Assembly (NCBI GenBank): GCA_963666315.2
Contig: CAXXHG010000047.1
Location: 32,001 to 96,000 of the forward strand
Direction of reading: 5' to 3'
Origin: Candidatus Binatia bacterium
GTDB taxonomy: Bacteria; Desulfobacterota; Binatia; Bin18
Length of the DNA: 64,000 bases
Below, piece after piece: positions 39,136 to 47,595 of this stretch. Within the stretch, counting starts at the first letter, position 1; each line of letters starts with the position of its first letter. The notes below the pieces were generated by a model that worked only from the letters and a program-made list of their open reading frames with translations, did no database searches and was not told the origin of the DNA. The translations under genes were made by a program, and so were the position numbers.

Positions 39136-39317
39136 AGTACGGGTTAGGTCCTACTATAGCCCAATTCCCGAGGCAGAGGAATCCTGTTTTTCTCATCTTT
39201 CCCATCAACGCGGCAGGCTCACGCGGGAAAAAGGGAAGCGCGAAAAATAGCCCGACAGGAGGGTGAACTACACGGAGTGGGAGACTTAGGGAGATGACAG
39301 AACGTGGAGTTACAACG

Positions 39318-39554
39318 TCACTGACGCGAAGTTTCTTCTTGGTTCGCCTCTTTAACGGCGTCGAGAACAGCGTTGGCCTGTTGGACATAGATTTGGACTT
39401 CGAGGATCTGATTCAGCAGGCGGCCGATATATGCCCGGGCCTCTTCGGTTTGGGGGCCCAGTCCTTTGACGAGCTGTGTGGCCGAACCAATCCCCTCGGT
39501 TGCCTGGGTAACGGCATTTTCTATTTCTCCGAAGGATTCTGAATCAATAATCAT
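39318..39554 (-). CDS. Small all-helical hypothetical protein (78 aa)
   Basis: MIIDSESFGEIENAVTQATEG... with GGAG/GAGG RBS and a candidate promoter TTGACG-N18-TACACT (39617-39646). Confidence 0.6.
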   Translation of the reverse strand: MIIDSESFGEIENAVTQATEGIGSATQLVKGLGPQTEEARAYIGRLLNQILEVQIYVQQANAVLDAVKEANQEETSRQ

Positions 39555-39734
39555 TCTGTCCCTCTCCGACCGCCTCCACCTCGCACCTCCCTCAGTCGAT
39601 CTATATTTCCCGCAATAGTGTATAGAGAGAACTCCCCCTCCGTCAATCCGGCATGCATCCGGTAAGAACAACCCGCCGGCCACATCCGAACAAAGGGGAA
39701 AATGTATTCGACCGACATATTTGATTTTGCCCAG

Positions 39735-39749
39735 TGTCAATATTCTGAC
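39735..39749. promoter_or_regulatory. Putative enhancer-binding-protein UAS
   Basis: tGTCA-atattc-TGAC palindrome about 110 bp upstream of a sigma54 box, separated from it by an AT-rich (IHF-like) tract. Confidence 0.45.
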
Positions 39750-39855
39750 CCTAAGGAAAAAAATTCGACTCCTCAAGGAACCCCGATTTTGTCCGGCTTT
39801 TTTCTTAAAGGAATGAATTCTCTTATTTCCATTTTTTGAGATAGTCGGTGCAAAT

Positions 39856-39872
39856 TCGGCACGCATATTGCT
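39856..39872 (+). promoter_or_regulatory. Sigma-54 (-24/-12) promoter
   Basis: tcGGCACGcataTTGCt matches TGGCACG-N4-TTGC, about 36 nt upstream of ATG 39909. Confidence 0.75.
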
Positions 39873-39908
39873 TCTTCTCCTAATTGATTTCTAAGTGGAG
39901 GGATAGCA

Positions 39909-40127
39909 ATGGTTGATCGCTCTCGTACCGGAGCACGGTGTTATACCCTACGACGGATCAATTCGGTGAAAGGGCTCTTACCCCGTGAGACCTATGGAAC
40001 GTTGCGTTACGAGGAAGAAAACTTAGGCCGCCGCCTCGTGTTCGTAGATTGGGATAACGGCATGAACGTGCCTGTCTTTCCTGATGAAGTGGAAATTCTT
40101 GAAACCGAGACTGCCACGACTGCATAA
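39909..40127 (+). CDS. Small hypothetical protein (72 aa, beta-rich/SH3-like appearance)
   Basis: GGAGG RBS; GTLRYEEENLGRRLVFVDWDNGMNVPVFPDEVEI. Confidence 0.72.
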   Translation: MVDRSRTGARCYTLRRINSVKGLLPRETYGTLRYEEENLGRRLVFVDWDNGMNVPVFPDEVEILETETATTA

Positions 40128-40256
40128 AATGTCTGTGCAGGTCCTTTGGACTATCCTTATTTTTCAAGCACGTGCTTGATGCTGTACAATGCCCCACGGG
40201 CTGAGCACGTGCTACTCGGATACACGGACGCTGCACGACAAACCTGGAGGCGAACA

Positions 40257-40472
40257 ATGCAAGTCCCAGACGAACAAGACCGGGTGACCTGTCCAGACAG
40301 CCATACAGACAAACCCTGGAGGCCGGAGAAAGTCTTTGAGGCACGTGGGCCAAATGGAAAGAGCCAGCGCCAGGGCATTCTCGGTAAACACCGCCACGGT
40401 TTTCTTGGCCAAGAATGTCCTTGGTCCGGTCCATCTGTTCCTGTCACACGTATTGACAAAAAAGAGTCCTAG
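40257..40472 (+). CDS. Small hypothetical protein (71 aa) with possible Cys/His metal site
   Basis: GGAGG 6 nt before ATG 40257; VTCPDSH...KHRH...ECPWSG. Confidence 0.55.
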   Translation: MQVPDEQDRVTCPDSHTDKPWRPEKVFEARGPNGKSQRQGILGKHRHGFLGQECPWSGPSVPVTRIDKKES

Positions 40473-40476
40473 TCGA

Positions 40477-41469
40477 TTAGGGAGCACATGCCTGGACTGC
40501 TTCCAGGACATGTTGTTTCCCCGTAGGCCCTTCACTCACCGGAAAAATAACCGGATGCCCTATGCCTGACTGGCGATAGGCTTCCACACGCTCTCGGCAT
40601 TCAGCCGGCGTCCCAGCAATACTGAGGGTCTCAATCAGTACATCCGGGACAAGCTGGACAGCCTTTTCTTTATCACCCTGCTTCCAGGCTTCCCGAATCG
40701 CACGCGCTTCGTCCGAAAATCCTTGCTCCGCCATTGAGCGATTATAGCGAGGAAAGAATCCGCCGTAGAAAGCGATCAGAGGGCGTATGCGCGCCATTGC
40801 TGCCTTACGGTCTTGGGCAATACTCATAGGCAGAAGCAAGACAATGTCGATATCTTCTACACGGCGTCCCGCTCGCTTGGCGCCGATCGCGAGGTTTTCG
40901 GCTGCGCGTCTGCCTGCTTCAGGCGCACTCCAGACCAGAATGGTCCCCTGTGCGATCTCACCGCAGGTTTGCAGCATCTGTGGAAAAACGGCCGAAAGAT
41001 AGATCGGAATCTCTTTGCGGGCAGGTTGAAACCAGAGGTCGAAATGTTCAATCGTCAGGACTTCTCCCTGGTACGATACCTCCCCTTCGCGCAGCAGCGT
41101 GCGGATAATTGCAACGGTTTCCCGCATGCGCTGTACGGGCTGACCATAGGGAATGCTATGTTCAGGTTCAACCTGGACTTTGTGGCTCGAGCCTAGACCC
41201 AAAATGAAACGCTGCTGAGAATAATAATCAACACACGCGGCTGCCATGGCAATCGTGGGCGCACTGCGCACGAAAATGCTGCTAATACTGGTCCCGAGTA
41301 GAATGCGATGTGTTGCCAAAGCGCACGCTGTTAGGATAGAGAATTGATCTCCGCCGTGGCCTTCCGCAAACCAGGCAGATTCATAACCCAGGTCTTCCGC
41401 ATGTTTGACACAGTCAACAATATCTGTTGGAGACATACCACCAGCCAGAGCGAGACCAATACGAGCCAT
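40477..41469 (-). CDS. LLM-class flavin/F420-dependent oxidoreductase
   Basis: LGYESAWFAE, LGTSI, RFILGLGSSH, IPIYLSA, IAGTPAEC. Candidate promoter TTGACG-N17-GAGAAT at 41509-41537. Confidence 0.92.
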   Translation of the reverse strand: MARIGLALAGGMSPTDIVDCVKHAEDLGYESAWFAEGHGGDQFSILTACALATHRILLGTSISSIFVRSAPTIAMAAACVDYYSQQRFILGLGSSHKVQVEPEHSIPYGQPVQRMRETVAIIRTLLREGEVSYQGEVLTIEHFDLWFQPARKEIPIYLSAVFPQMLQTCGEIAQGTILVWSAPEAGRRAAENLAIGAKRAGRRVEDIDIVLLLPMSIAQDRKAAMARIRPLIAFYGGFFPRYNRSMAEQGFSDEARAIREAWKQGDKEKAVQLVPDVLIETLSIAGTPAECRERVEAYRQSGIGHPVIFPVSEGPTGKQHVLEAVQACAP

Positions 41470-41632
41470 ATTTGTTCTCCTTTATAACGTAGAAATATGA
41501 GGCAAGGCATTCTCGACTGGATCTACGCCAGCGTCAAGTCAGCGAGCTAAGAGAGAGGACTGCAGATGTCTGGACTTCCTTCAAGATGGGCAGCAAGATA
41601 GGGAACTCTCATATTTCGCTACAAGGAAGAAT

Positions 41633-42418
41633 ATGTACCCTGTGGGTCGTTCGTATAAGGAGAGGGAGAAAAGTATTCATGTTTTGCCGCTCTCGTTTAA
41701 TGGGGCTGAAAGACTATTGTTCATCAATCGCGTATTCCCCTCCTTCCTCTTATTCTTCTTATTCGGTCTCTTCTATACTTTGCCCGTGTCCGTGGCCAGT
41801 GCGGACGTGCTGTATAGCCTCGAATTCTCTGGTCAGCCTGATGGACCCGCGGAGGAATGGTTAAAACGTCAGGGTTTTATCTTTCGGTTTGATGCGGATG
41901 ATTTACAGCCACGGTTCAAGAACAACCGTTTGGTCTTGCAGACTACTCGAAAAATAGGAGGACTGTTCGAGCTGTCGCTCAACTTGTCCAATGCAAAACG
42001 GCTCCGCATTCATTGGGGGGTAGACCGTTATCCACGCGGAGCGGATTGGGGGAGCGGAGTCACTGCGGTCCCCATTGCGGTGATGACCTCGTTTGGGACA
42101 AAAAAAATAAGCAGCGGGTCATTTATCGTGCCCAACGCCCCGTATTTCGTCGGTCTCTTCTTAGGCGAAAAAGAACAGGCCAGTCAAGTATATACAGGCA
42201 ATTATTACAAAAAGGGCGGACGCTATTTCTGTACGCCGTGTGGCGTGCCGTTGGGACAGGTAGTTGTGACCGAGTTCGACCTGGATCACGCTTTTCGAAC
42301 TCAATTTAACCAAGCCGTCGTTCCTCCGATCAGCCGGCTTGGTCTTCAGATGAATACGAAAGGCACGTCCGGCGGAGCAGCCGCTTTTTTGGAGAAGGTC
42401 GAATATTTGTCAGACTAG
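41633..42418 (+). CDS. Hypothetical exported protein
   Basis: Signal-peptide-like FLLFFLFGLFYTLPVSVASA followed by a beta-rich domain; start uncertain. Confidence 0.65.
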   Translation: MYPVGRSYKEREKSIHVLPLSFNGAERLLFINRVFPSFLLFFLFGLFYTLPVSVASADVLYSLEFSGQPDGPAEEWLKRQGFIFRFDADDLQPRFKNNRLVLQTTRKIGGLFELSLNLSNAKRLRIHWGVDRYPRGADWGSGVTAVPIAVMTSFGTKKISSGSFIVPNAPYFVGLFLGEKEQASQVYTGNYYKKGGRYFCTPCGVPLGQVVVTEFDLDHAFRTQFNQAVVPPISRLGLQMNTKGTSGGAAAFLEKVEYLSD

Positions 42419-42609
42419 TCGGTGCTGTTGAATATAGGCGTGTATTTTGCGTCTGAGTAAATAGCTTATCCTCCTTACTCTTTCTTCCTCCTGCCGTAAG
42501 CGGCGGCAGGGAAAGTGCTCATGAACCCCCTTTATGAGCCTTTCCCGTGCTGTTTCTTCAGATTGCTCAGGCCGGAACCTTGGATCTACGTGGATGAAGA
42601 AGATCTGGT

Positions 42610-43248
42610 CTATGCCGGACCACTCCAATCAAAGGGAATATGCTTGCTGGATTGACCCGCCCAGTCCCACTGAAAGCCGTACGCATCGACCTGATTATCA
42701 ACCGTTTTTCCCCATGTCGCGACTTGGCCCGGACCAACTTCCGATCCCGGTGGGTTGAGTAACTGGACGCGTTTGCCTTTCGGTGTAGTTGGACCAGACA
42801 ATGCCTCAGCAAAGGCTGTGACTTTATTTGGAATCTCAACCTTCCAGGAGGCGAGATCGTCTGCAACTTCAAAGTTGATAGGGACAAACTCAATACCCCG
42901 TACCTCGCCGATGGATTGAGCGAAAGTCCCCATAAATCCGCCAGCCTGACCCGAAAAGATGAGTTCTAAGGCCTCACGCTGTGCCGTGTCGGCTTGCTCA
43001 TCGATGAATAGTCCGAGTGAAATACTCGCCTCCCCAGCCCACACGTTGCCGTCGAAGCTGGCGACCGCAACGACACTCAGCCCATCAAGACGCACGGACC
43101 CGTAGCTGCCTTCTCGAACGTGATAAGCCAGGACTCCTTCGCAGTGATTGTTTGTTGGCGGTTGGGCAAATTCACACGGACAGGCGATATTGCAGCTGCA
43201 CACATCAAACCAGTCACCACGTAGAGTCCAATTTTTGATGTCGGCCAT
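42610..43248 (-). CDS. DUF1326 family protein
   Basis: WTLRGDWFDVCSCNIACPC...PT...C, LDGL, QREAL..IFSG..GG. Confidence 0.88.
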   Translation of the reverse strand: MADIKNWTLRGDWFDVCSCNIACPCEFAQPPTNNHCEGVLAYHVREGSYGSVRLDGLSVVAVASFDGNVWAGEASISLGLFIDEQADTAQREALELIFSGQAGGFMGTFAQSIGEVRGIEFVPINFEVADDLASWKVEIPNKVTAFAEALSGPTTPKGKRVQLLNPPGSEVGPGQVATWGKTVDNQVDAYGFQWDWAGQSSKHIPFDWSGPA

Positions 43249-43299
43249 ATAGCTCTCCTTCCTCCAGATGTAGAGGCGTGATGAGTGCGCATTCTCCAG

Positions 43300-43326
43300 T
43301 GAGCATTCGCCGGAGGCGAATGCTCA
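43300..43326. other. Perfect 12-bp hairpin between the ADH and DUF1326 genes
   Basis: tgagcattcgcc-gga-ggcgaatgctca; no U-tract, so a stabiliser or processing site is possible. Confidence 0.55.
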
Positions 43327-43327
43327 G

Positions 43328-44413
43328 CTAACTCCGCCACGGTTCGACGATAATCTTGGCATGCTGCTCAGGTGAAGCAAGATCTTTAAACGCTTGCGCA
43401 ATTCCCTCAACACCGATCGTGCCGGTGATGAGGGGATCCGCAATGATTTCACCTTCTGCGATATGGCGCAGCGTTGCCGCGTATTCTTCTCCACTATAGC
43501 CCAGGACAAATTGGAGGTTCAGCTCTTTATTGATCCCGAACATCGGCTCAAAGCTGTCTTTCTCCATACATACGCCTACGACAATAATACGGCTACCTTG
43601 GGGCGTGGCAGCCATAATCTGATCAATGACGCCCGGTACACCCACACATTCAAAAATGACTGCCGGCCGCAGGGCAGGGCCGCTAGCCCAGGGTGGCTGG
43701 GCAGGTGCTTGGCTCGGATCGGCCCAGACCGCCGCTTCCCGCCAGCTGGTATACGGCGACTTTTCTGCTGGATCGATAATAATATCCGCCCCTACTTTCT
43801 CGGCAAGCTGACGGCGGCGCGAAGAGAAGTCAGCGGCAACAATCGGATGGATACCTTTCATCCGCAGGGACGAAATAACCGCAAGTCCGACCGGTCCACA
43901 GCCGATCACCAGCGGCACATCGTCCTTCTCCCAGCGTACCTTCTCAACGGCATGCAGACCCACGGCCATAGGTTCGGTCAGGGCAGCCTTTTCGGTCGGG
44001 AGACCATTCGGCACCTCAATTAAGAGGTTTTCCGTCAACCGCATATATTCGCCGTAGCCACCCGGATGCTCGTTCGAATACCCCACCGTTTTGATGCCGC
44101 TTGAGCGCAGGAGGATGGGCATACAGACCGCACGAGTGCCGGTCTTGAGTGTCTTTTGTGTGTCTGGTCCGTAATCGACCACTTCAACGCAAAATTCGTG
44201 ACCCATCACAATCCCGCGACTCAGGTCCATATCAAAAATACCGCCTGAACGTTCTGAGATTGCAACCAGCTTCTCGGTATGCTTGAGGGCGTGGAGATCT
44301 GAGCCGCAAATGCCACAGGCCAGTGTTTTCACTAGCACTTCCCCGGACCCAGGCTCGGGAACGGGAACATCTTCAACCGTGAGTTTATGATCGAACATGA
44401 CCGCAGCACGCAT
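43328..44413 (-). CDS. Zinc-binding (MDR) dehydrogenase
   Basis: CGICGSDLH, MGHEF, AALTEP, GCGPVG, FECVG. Confidence 0.93.
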   Translation of the reverse strand: MRAAVMFDHKLTVEDVPVPEPGSGEVLVKTLACGICGSDLHALKHTEKLVAISERSGGIFDMDLSRGIVMGHEFCVEVVDYGPDTQKTLKTGTRAVCMPILLRSSGIKTVGYSNEHPGGYGEYMRLTENLLIEVPNGLPTEKAALTEPMAVGLHAVEKVRWEKDDVPLVIGCGPVGLAVISSLRMKGIHPIVAADFSSRRRQLAEKVGADIIIDPAEKSPYTSWREAAVWADPSQAPAQPPWASGPALRPAVIFECVGVPGVIDQIMAATPQGSRIIVVGVCMEKDSFEPMFGINKELNLQFVLGYSGEEYAATLRHIAEGEIIADPLITGTIGVEGIAQAFKDLASPEQHAKIIVEPWRS

Positions 44414-44597
44414 AGGCTTTCTCCTTTGTGGTGGTGTGTTCGGCGGCCCAACTATAGGCTATGGGCTCTGCTGCTGTCCAGGCACAGGTGGCAAGAACAG
44501 AGAGAAAGACCAGATAGCAGGACGCCTGCAGAGGCGTCTCTAGTAAAGATGTCTGACGGCTGCTGAAAGACTGACGGAACTGAAAACCTCATCTTGT

Positions 44598-44627
44598 TTG
44601 ACACCTCCCTTCCGGCTGTCATACAGT
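44598..44627 (+). promoter_or_regulatory. Putative sigma70 promoter
   Basis: TTGACA-N18-TACAGT upstream of ATG 44675. Confidence 0.5.
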
Positions 44628-44674
44628 GCCAGCTGTCAGACAGCTGCCGGACCCTTTCGATAAGGAGGATCTCG

Positions 44675-45025
44675 ATGAAAGTGACGCGCGTGTACACCGG
44701 ACCGGACAATCAATCGCATTTTGAAGATATCGATATACCGCTCAAAGACGGAGGCATGATTGGTCAGGTGTCTGAACGAGTCCCAGCAACGGGGGTGATC
44801 TTTCGCCACACCTCGGGCGACTATGATCTTGATTTTCACAACGCTCCGCGCCGCCAGTATGTGGCTATGCTGGACGGCGAGGTCGAGATTGAAGTCGGCG
44901 ATGGCACCAAGCGGATTCTCGGAACGGGAGACATCCTGCTTGCAGAAGATACGACCGGCCAGGGCCATATCAGCCGGGCGGTGAAAGGCAAACCGCGCAA
45001 GTCGCTTTTTATTACGCTGGACTAG
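44675..45025 (+). CDS. Small cupin-fold protein
   Basis: RVYTGPDNQSHFED, FHNAPRRQY, GEVEIEVGDG, LAEDTTGQGH. AAGGAGG RBS. Confidence 0.82.
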   Translation: MKVTRVYTGPDNQSHFEDIDIPLKDGGMIGQVSERVPATGVIFRHTSGDYDLDFHNAPRRQYVAMLDGEVEIEVGDGTKRILGTGDILLAEDTTGQGHISRAVKGKPRKSLFITLD

Positions 45026-45043
45026 AATGAGGGGTGTCTGTGT

Positions 45044-46237
45044 ATGGGCAGCGCGCTGGACGGCATCCGTGTTCTTGATCTCACCCACAACCAAGCCGGC
45101 CCTTCGTGCGCCCAAATCTTGGCCTGGCTTGGTGCCGATGTCATCAAAGTCGAAGAGCCGGGCCGCGGTGATATTGCGCGGGTGAGTCTGAGTGACCGGC
45201 CTGGGACTGACAGCCTGTTTTTTCTGTTTTTTAATGCCAATAAACGTAGCCTGACGCTTAATCTCAAACAGCCGCAGGGCAAAGGGGCCTTTCGCAAACT
45301 GGTCCAGACAGCGGATGTGGTGTTGGAGAATTTCGGTCCTGGCACCATGAAACGGTTGGGGTTTGGCTACGACACGCTCAAACAGCTCAATCCCCGCATT
45401 GTCTACGCTAGTATTAAAGGCTTTGGCTCCTACGGTCCGTATAGTGCGTTCAAGAGCTTTGAGCCGGTCGCCCAAGCAATGGGCGGCTCCATGAGTGTAA
45501 CCGGCTTTCCCGACAATCCGCCAACAGTAACCTGGTCGTGCGTTGGGGACTCCGGTACGGGTATGCACTGTGTGATCGGTATTTTGGCGGCTCTCATGCA
45601 ACGCCATACCAGCGGCGAAGGTCAACAGGTCGAAGTGTCGATGCAAGACGCAGTGGTGAATTTAGTGCGCGTCAGCCTGCGCGATCATCAGCGCACCGGT
45701 AAGCCGGTTGAACGCAACGGCAATCAGCTTGGCTCATTTGTTCCTGCCAACACCTATCGGTGTCATCCCGGCGGAGCCAACGACTATGTGTTTATTATTG
45801 CTCAGCAGCAGATGTGGGAGCCTCTCCTGCGCGCCATAGAGCGCGCAGACCTGATCGGCGATGCTCGCTACCAGAAAGCCGAAGCACGCGTCGAACATGT
45901 GGAGGAGGTGAATGCGTTCATCGAAGAGTGGACGGCGAAAAGACCAAAACACGAGGTCATGCAAATCCTGGCGGACGCAGGGGTGCCGTGCGGCGCGTGC
46001 CAGGATACGGGCGAGGTGTTGAATGACCCGCATTTACGTGCGCGGGAGATGATACTCGACCTGGACCATCCAACCCGGGGGTCCTACACCATGGCGGGCA
46101 ACCCCATCAAGCTGTCGGCCTCAAACGTTCCCATCAAGGCCGCGCCGCTGCTCGGCGCGCACAGCGCAGAAATTTTGACGGAGTTAGGATACGGTGAGGC
46201 TGCCATCGCCGCTATGCGAGAAGCAGGGCTGATCTAG
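45044..46237 (+). CDS. CoA-transferase family III (CaiB/BaiF, formyl-CoA transferase-like)
   Basis: LDGIRVLDL, QAGP, LGADVIKVE, NANKRS, ENFGPG, catalytic GDSGTG, PLLGAH. Confidence 0.93.
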   Translation: MGSALDGIRVLDLTHNQAGPSCAQILAWLGADVIKVEEPGRGDIARVSLSDRPGTDSLFFLFFNANKRSLTLNLKQPQGKGAFRKLVQTADVVLENFGPGTMKRLGFGYDTLKQLNPRIVYASIKGFGSYGPYSAFKSFEPVAQAMGGSMSVTGFPDNPPTVTWSCVGDSGTGMHCVIGILAALMQRHTSGEGQQVEVSMQDAVVNLVRVSLRDHQRTGKPVERNGNQLGSFVPANTYRCHPGGANDYVFIIAQQQMWEPLLRAIERADLIGDARYQKAEARVEHVEEVNAFIEEWTAKRPKHEVMQILADAGVPCGACQDTGEVLNDPHLRAREMILDLDHPTRGSYTMAGNPIKLSASNVPIKAAPLLGAHSAEILTELGYGEAAIAAMREAGLI

Positions 46238-46256
46238 CGCAGTAAAGGAGAGTCTT

Positions 46257-47279
46257 ATGAATGTCGGTTTACTATTCCCCTTTCGGAATCCGCCCAAATG
46301 GCGCAAACCGTTTACACAGTTCTACGCCGAACAGTTGCGCCAGGCGCAGGTGGCTGAGGAACTCGGCTATGACACGATCTGGCTGACCGAGCATCACTTT
46401 GCCGAAGATGGCTACTCGCCTTCGCTGCTGCCTATTGCCGGCGCGCTTGCCGCTATGACGACGCGGATACGGATAGGCACGTTCCTCTTGCTCTTACCTC
46501 TGCACAATGCCGTGCGCATAGGCGAAGATGCTGCGACTGTAGATGTGTTGACCAACGGTCGCTTTGATCTGGGTCTGGGACAAGGCTATTCCCTCTCAGA
46601 GTTTGAGGGCTACGGTATCCCCCGTAAGGAGCGCGCTTCGCTCTTGGAAGAGGGCATTGAGGTGATCAGGGGCATGTGGACCCAAGATCCGTTCTCGCAT
46701 GAGGGTAAACACTATCAACTGAAAAATATTCGTCTTGAGCCCAAACCAGCTCAGACGCCACATCCGCCGGTGTGGATAGGCGCGAATGCACCCAAGGCCG
46801 TCGAGCGGGCGGCTCGACTCGGTTGCCATTTTATGGGAGGAGGGACCTCAGCCGCTCAGGAAGTATATGATTCCGCATTGCGCAGCCATGGTCGTGACCC
46901 CAAAGATTTTCATGCCGCGCAATTGCGTTGGGCCTATGTTGCTCCGACCCACGATCAAGCCTGGGACGACGCCCAAGAGCATCTGCACTATATGCTGACC
47001 TGGTATGGTCGCTGGCTGGCGGAAGCCCAAGACTTTCCAGGCGCTGAACAGTTCAGTCAGTTACCCCCAGTAGCTGAGCTGCGGAACGATCCGGAACAGT
47101 TACTGGCCAGTCCGATGATCGGCACCCCGGAGGAAGTTGGACGTGAGATCGAGCAGTTCACGAAAGACGTACGCACCACGCATCTCGTCCTCGGGATGCA
47201 TCTGCCCGGCCTCGACCCGGCCAAAAGTCAACGCTCGATGGAACTGTTTGCCAAAGAGGTCATACCAGGGTTGCACTAG
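46257..47279 (+). CDS. LLM-class flavin-dependent oxidoreductase
   Basis: AEELGYDTIWLTEHHF, NGRFDLGLGQGY, PKPAQTPHPPVWIG, MELFAKEV. Confidence 0.93.
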   Translation: MNVGLLFPFRNPPKWRKPFTQFYAEQLRQAQVAEELGYDTIWLTEHHFAEDGYSPSLLPIAGALAAMTTRIRIGTFLLLLPLHNAVRIGEDAATVDVLTNGRFDLGLGQGYSLSEFEGYGIPRKERASLLEEGIEVIRGMWTQDPFSHEGKHYQLKNIRLEPKPAQTPHPPVWIGANAPKAVERAARLGCHFMGGGTSAAQEVYDSALRSHGRDPKDFHAAQLRWAYVAPTHDQAWDDAQEHLHYMLTWYGRWLAEAQDFPGAEQFSQLPPVAELRNDPEQLLASPMIGTPEEVGREIEQFTKDVRTTHLVLGMHLPGLDPAKSQRSMELFAKEVIPGLH

Positions 47280-47396
47280 TTGCACTAAGTGAAAAAGGCC
47301 TGTCATTGAACTGGCGTTGGATTGCTCTGTTCGGCAGAAGGGCAGCATGTGGATCGTGCGAAACCGGCTAAAAGTGTGCGTGTCTGCGCGTTCATA

Positions 47397-47493
47397 CCCT
47401 TCGGCTTTACTCAGGACAGGCTTCGACGGGGCTCAGCACGAATAGACCTTGTCCGTCGTCTCTTTGTCCGTTCGCCCTGAGCCTGTCGAAGGG
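47397..47493. repeat. REP-like palindromic element (cccttcg..ctcagg / ccctgagcctgtcgaaggg family)
   Basis: cccttcggctttactcaggacaggcttcgacggggctcagcacgaa ... ccgttcgccctgagcctgtcgaaggg. Confidence 0.65.
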
Positions 47494-47595
47494 AGAACAA
47501 TGGCGACACAACGCACAGATTTAAGGTAGACGCGTTACTAGGGTTCGCCTTGAATCGAGCCAGCCGAAGGAGTACAGAGGCTGAGAGGTCTGGCC

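Noticed and set aside
44636-45646. 336-aa minus-strand ORF
   Set aside because: Antisense to the cupin and CoA-transferase genes
45044-46237. Assigning frc (formyl-CoA:oxalate CoA-transferase)
   Set aside because: The tetraglycine loop of Frc is absent (GNQLGS) and no oxc gene is adjacent
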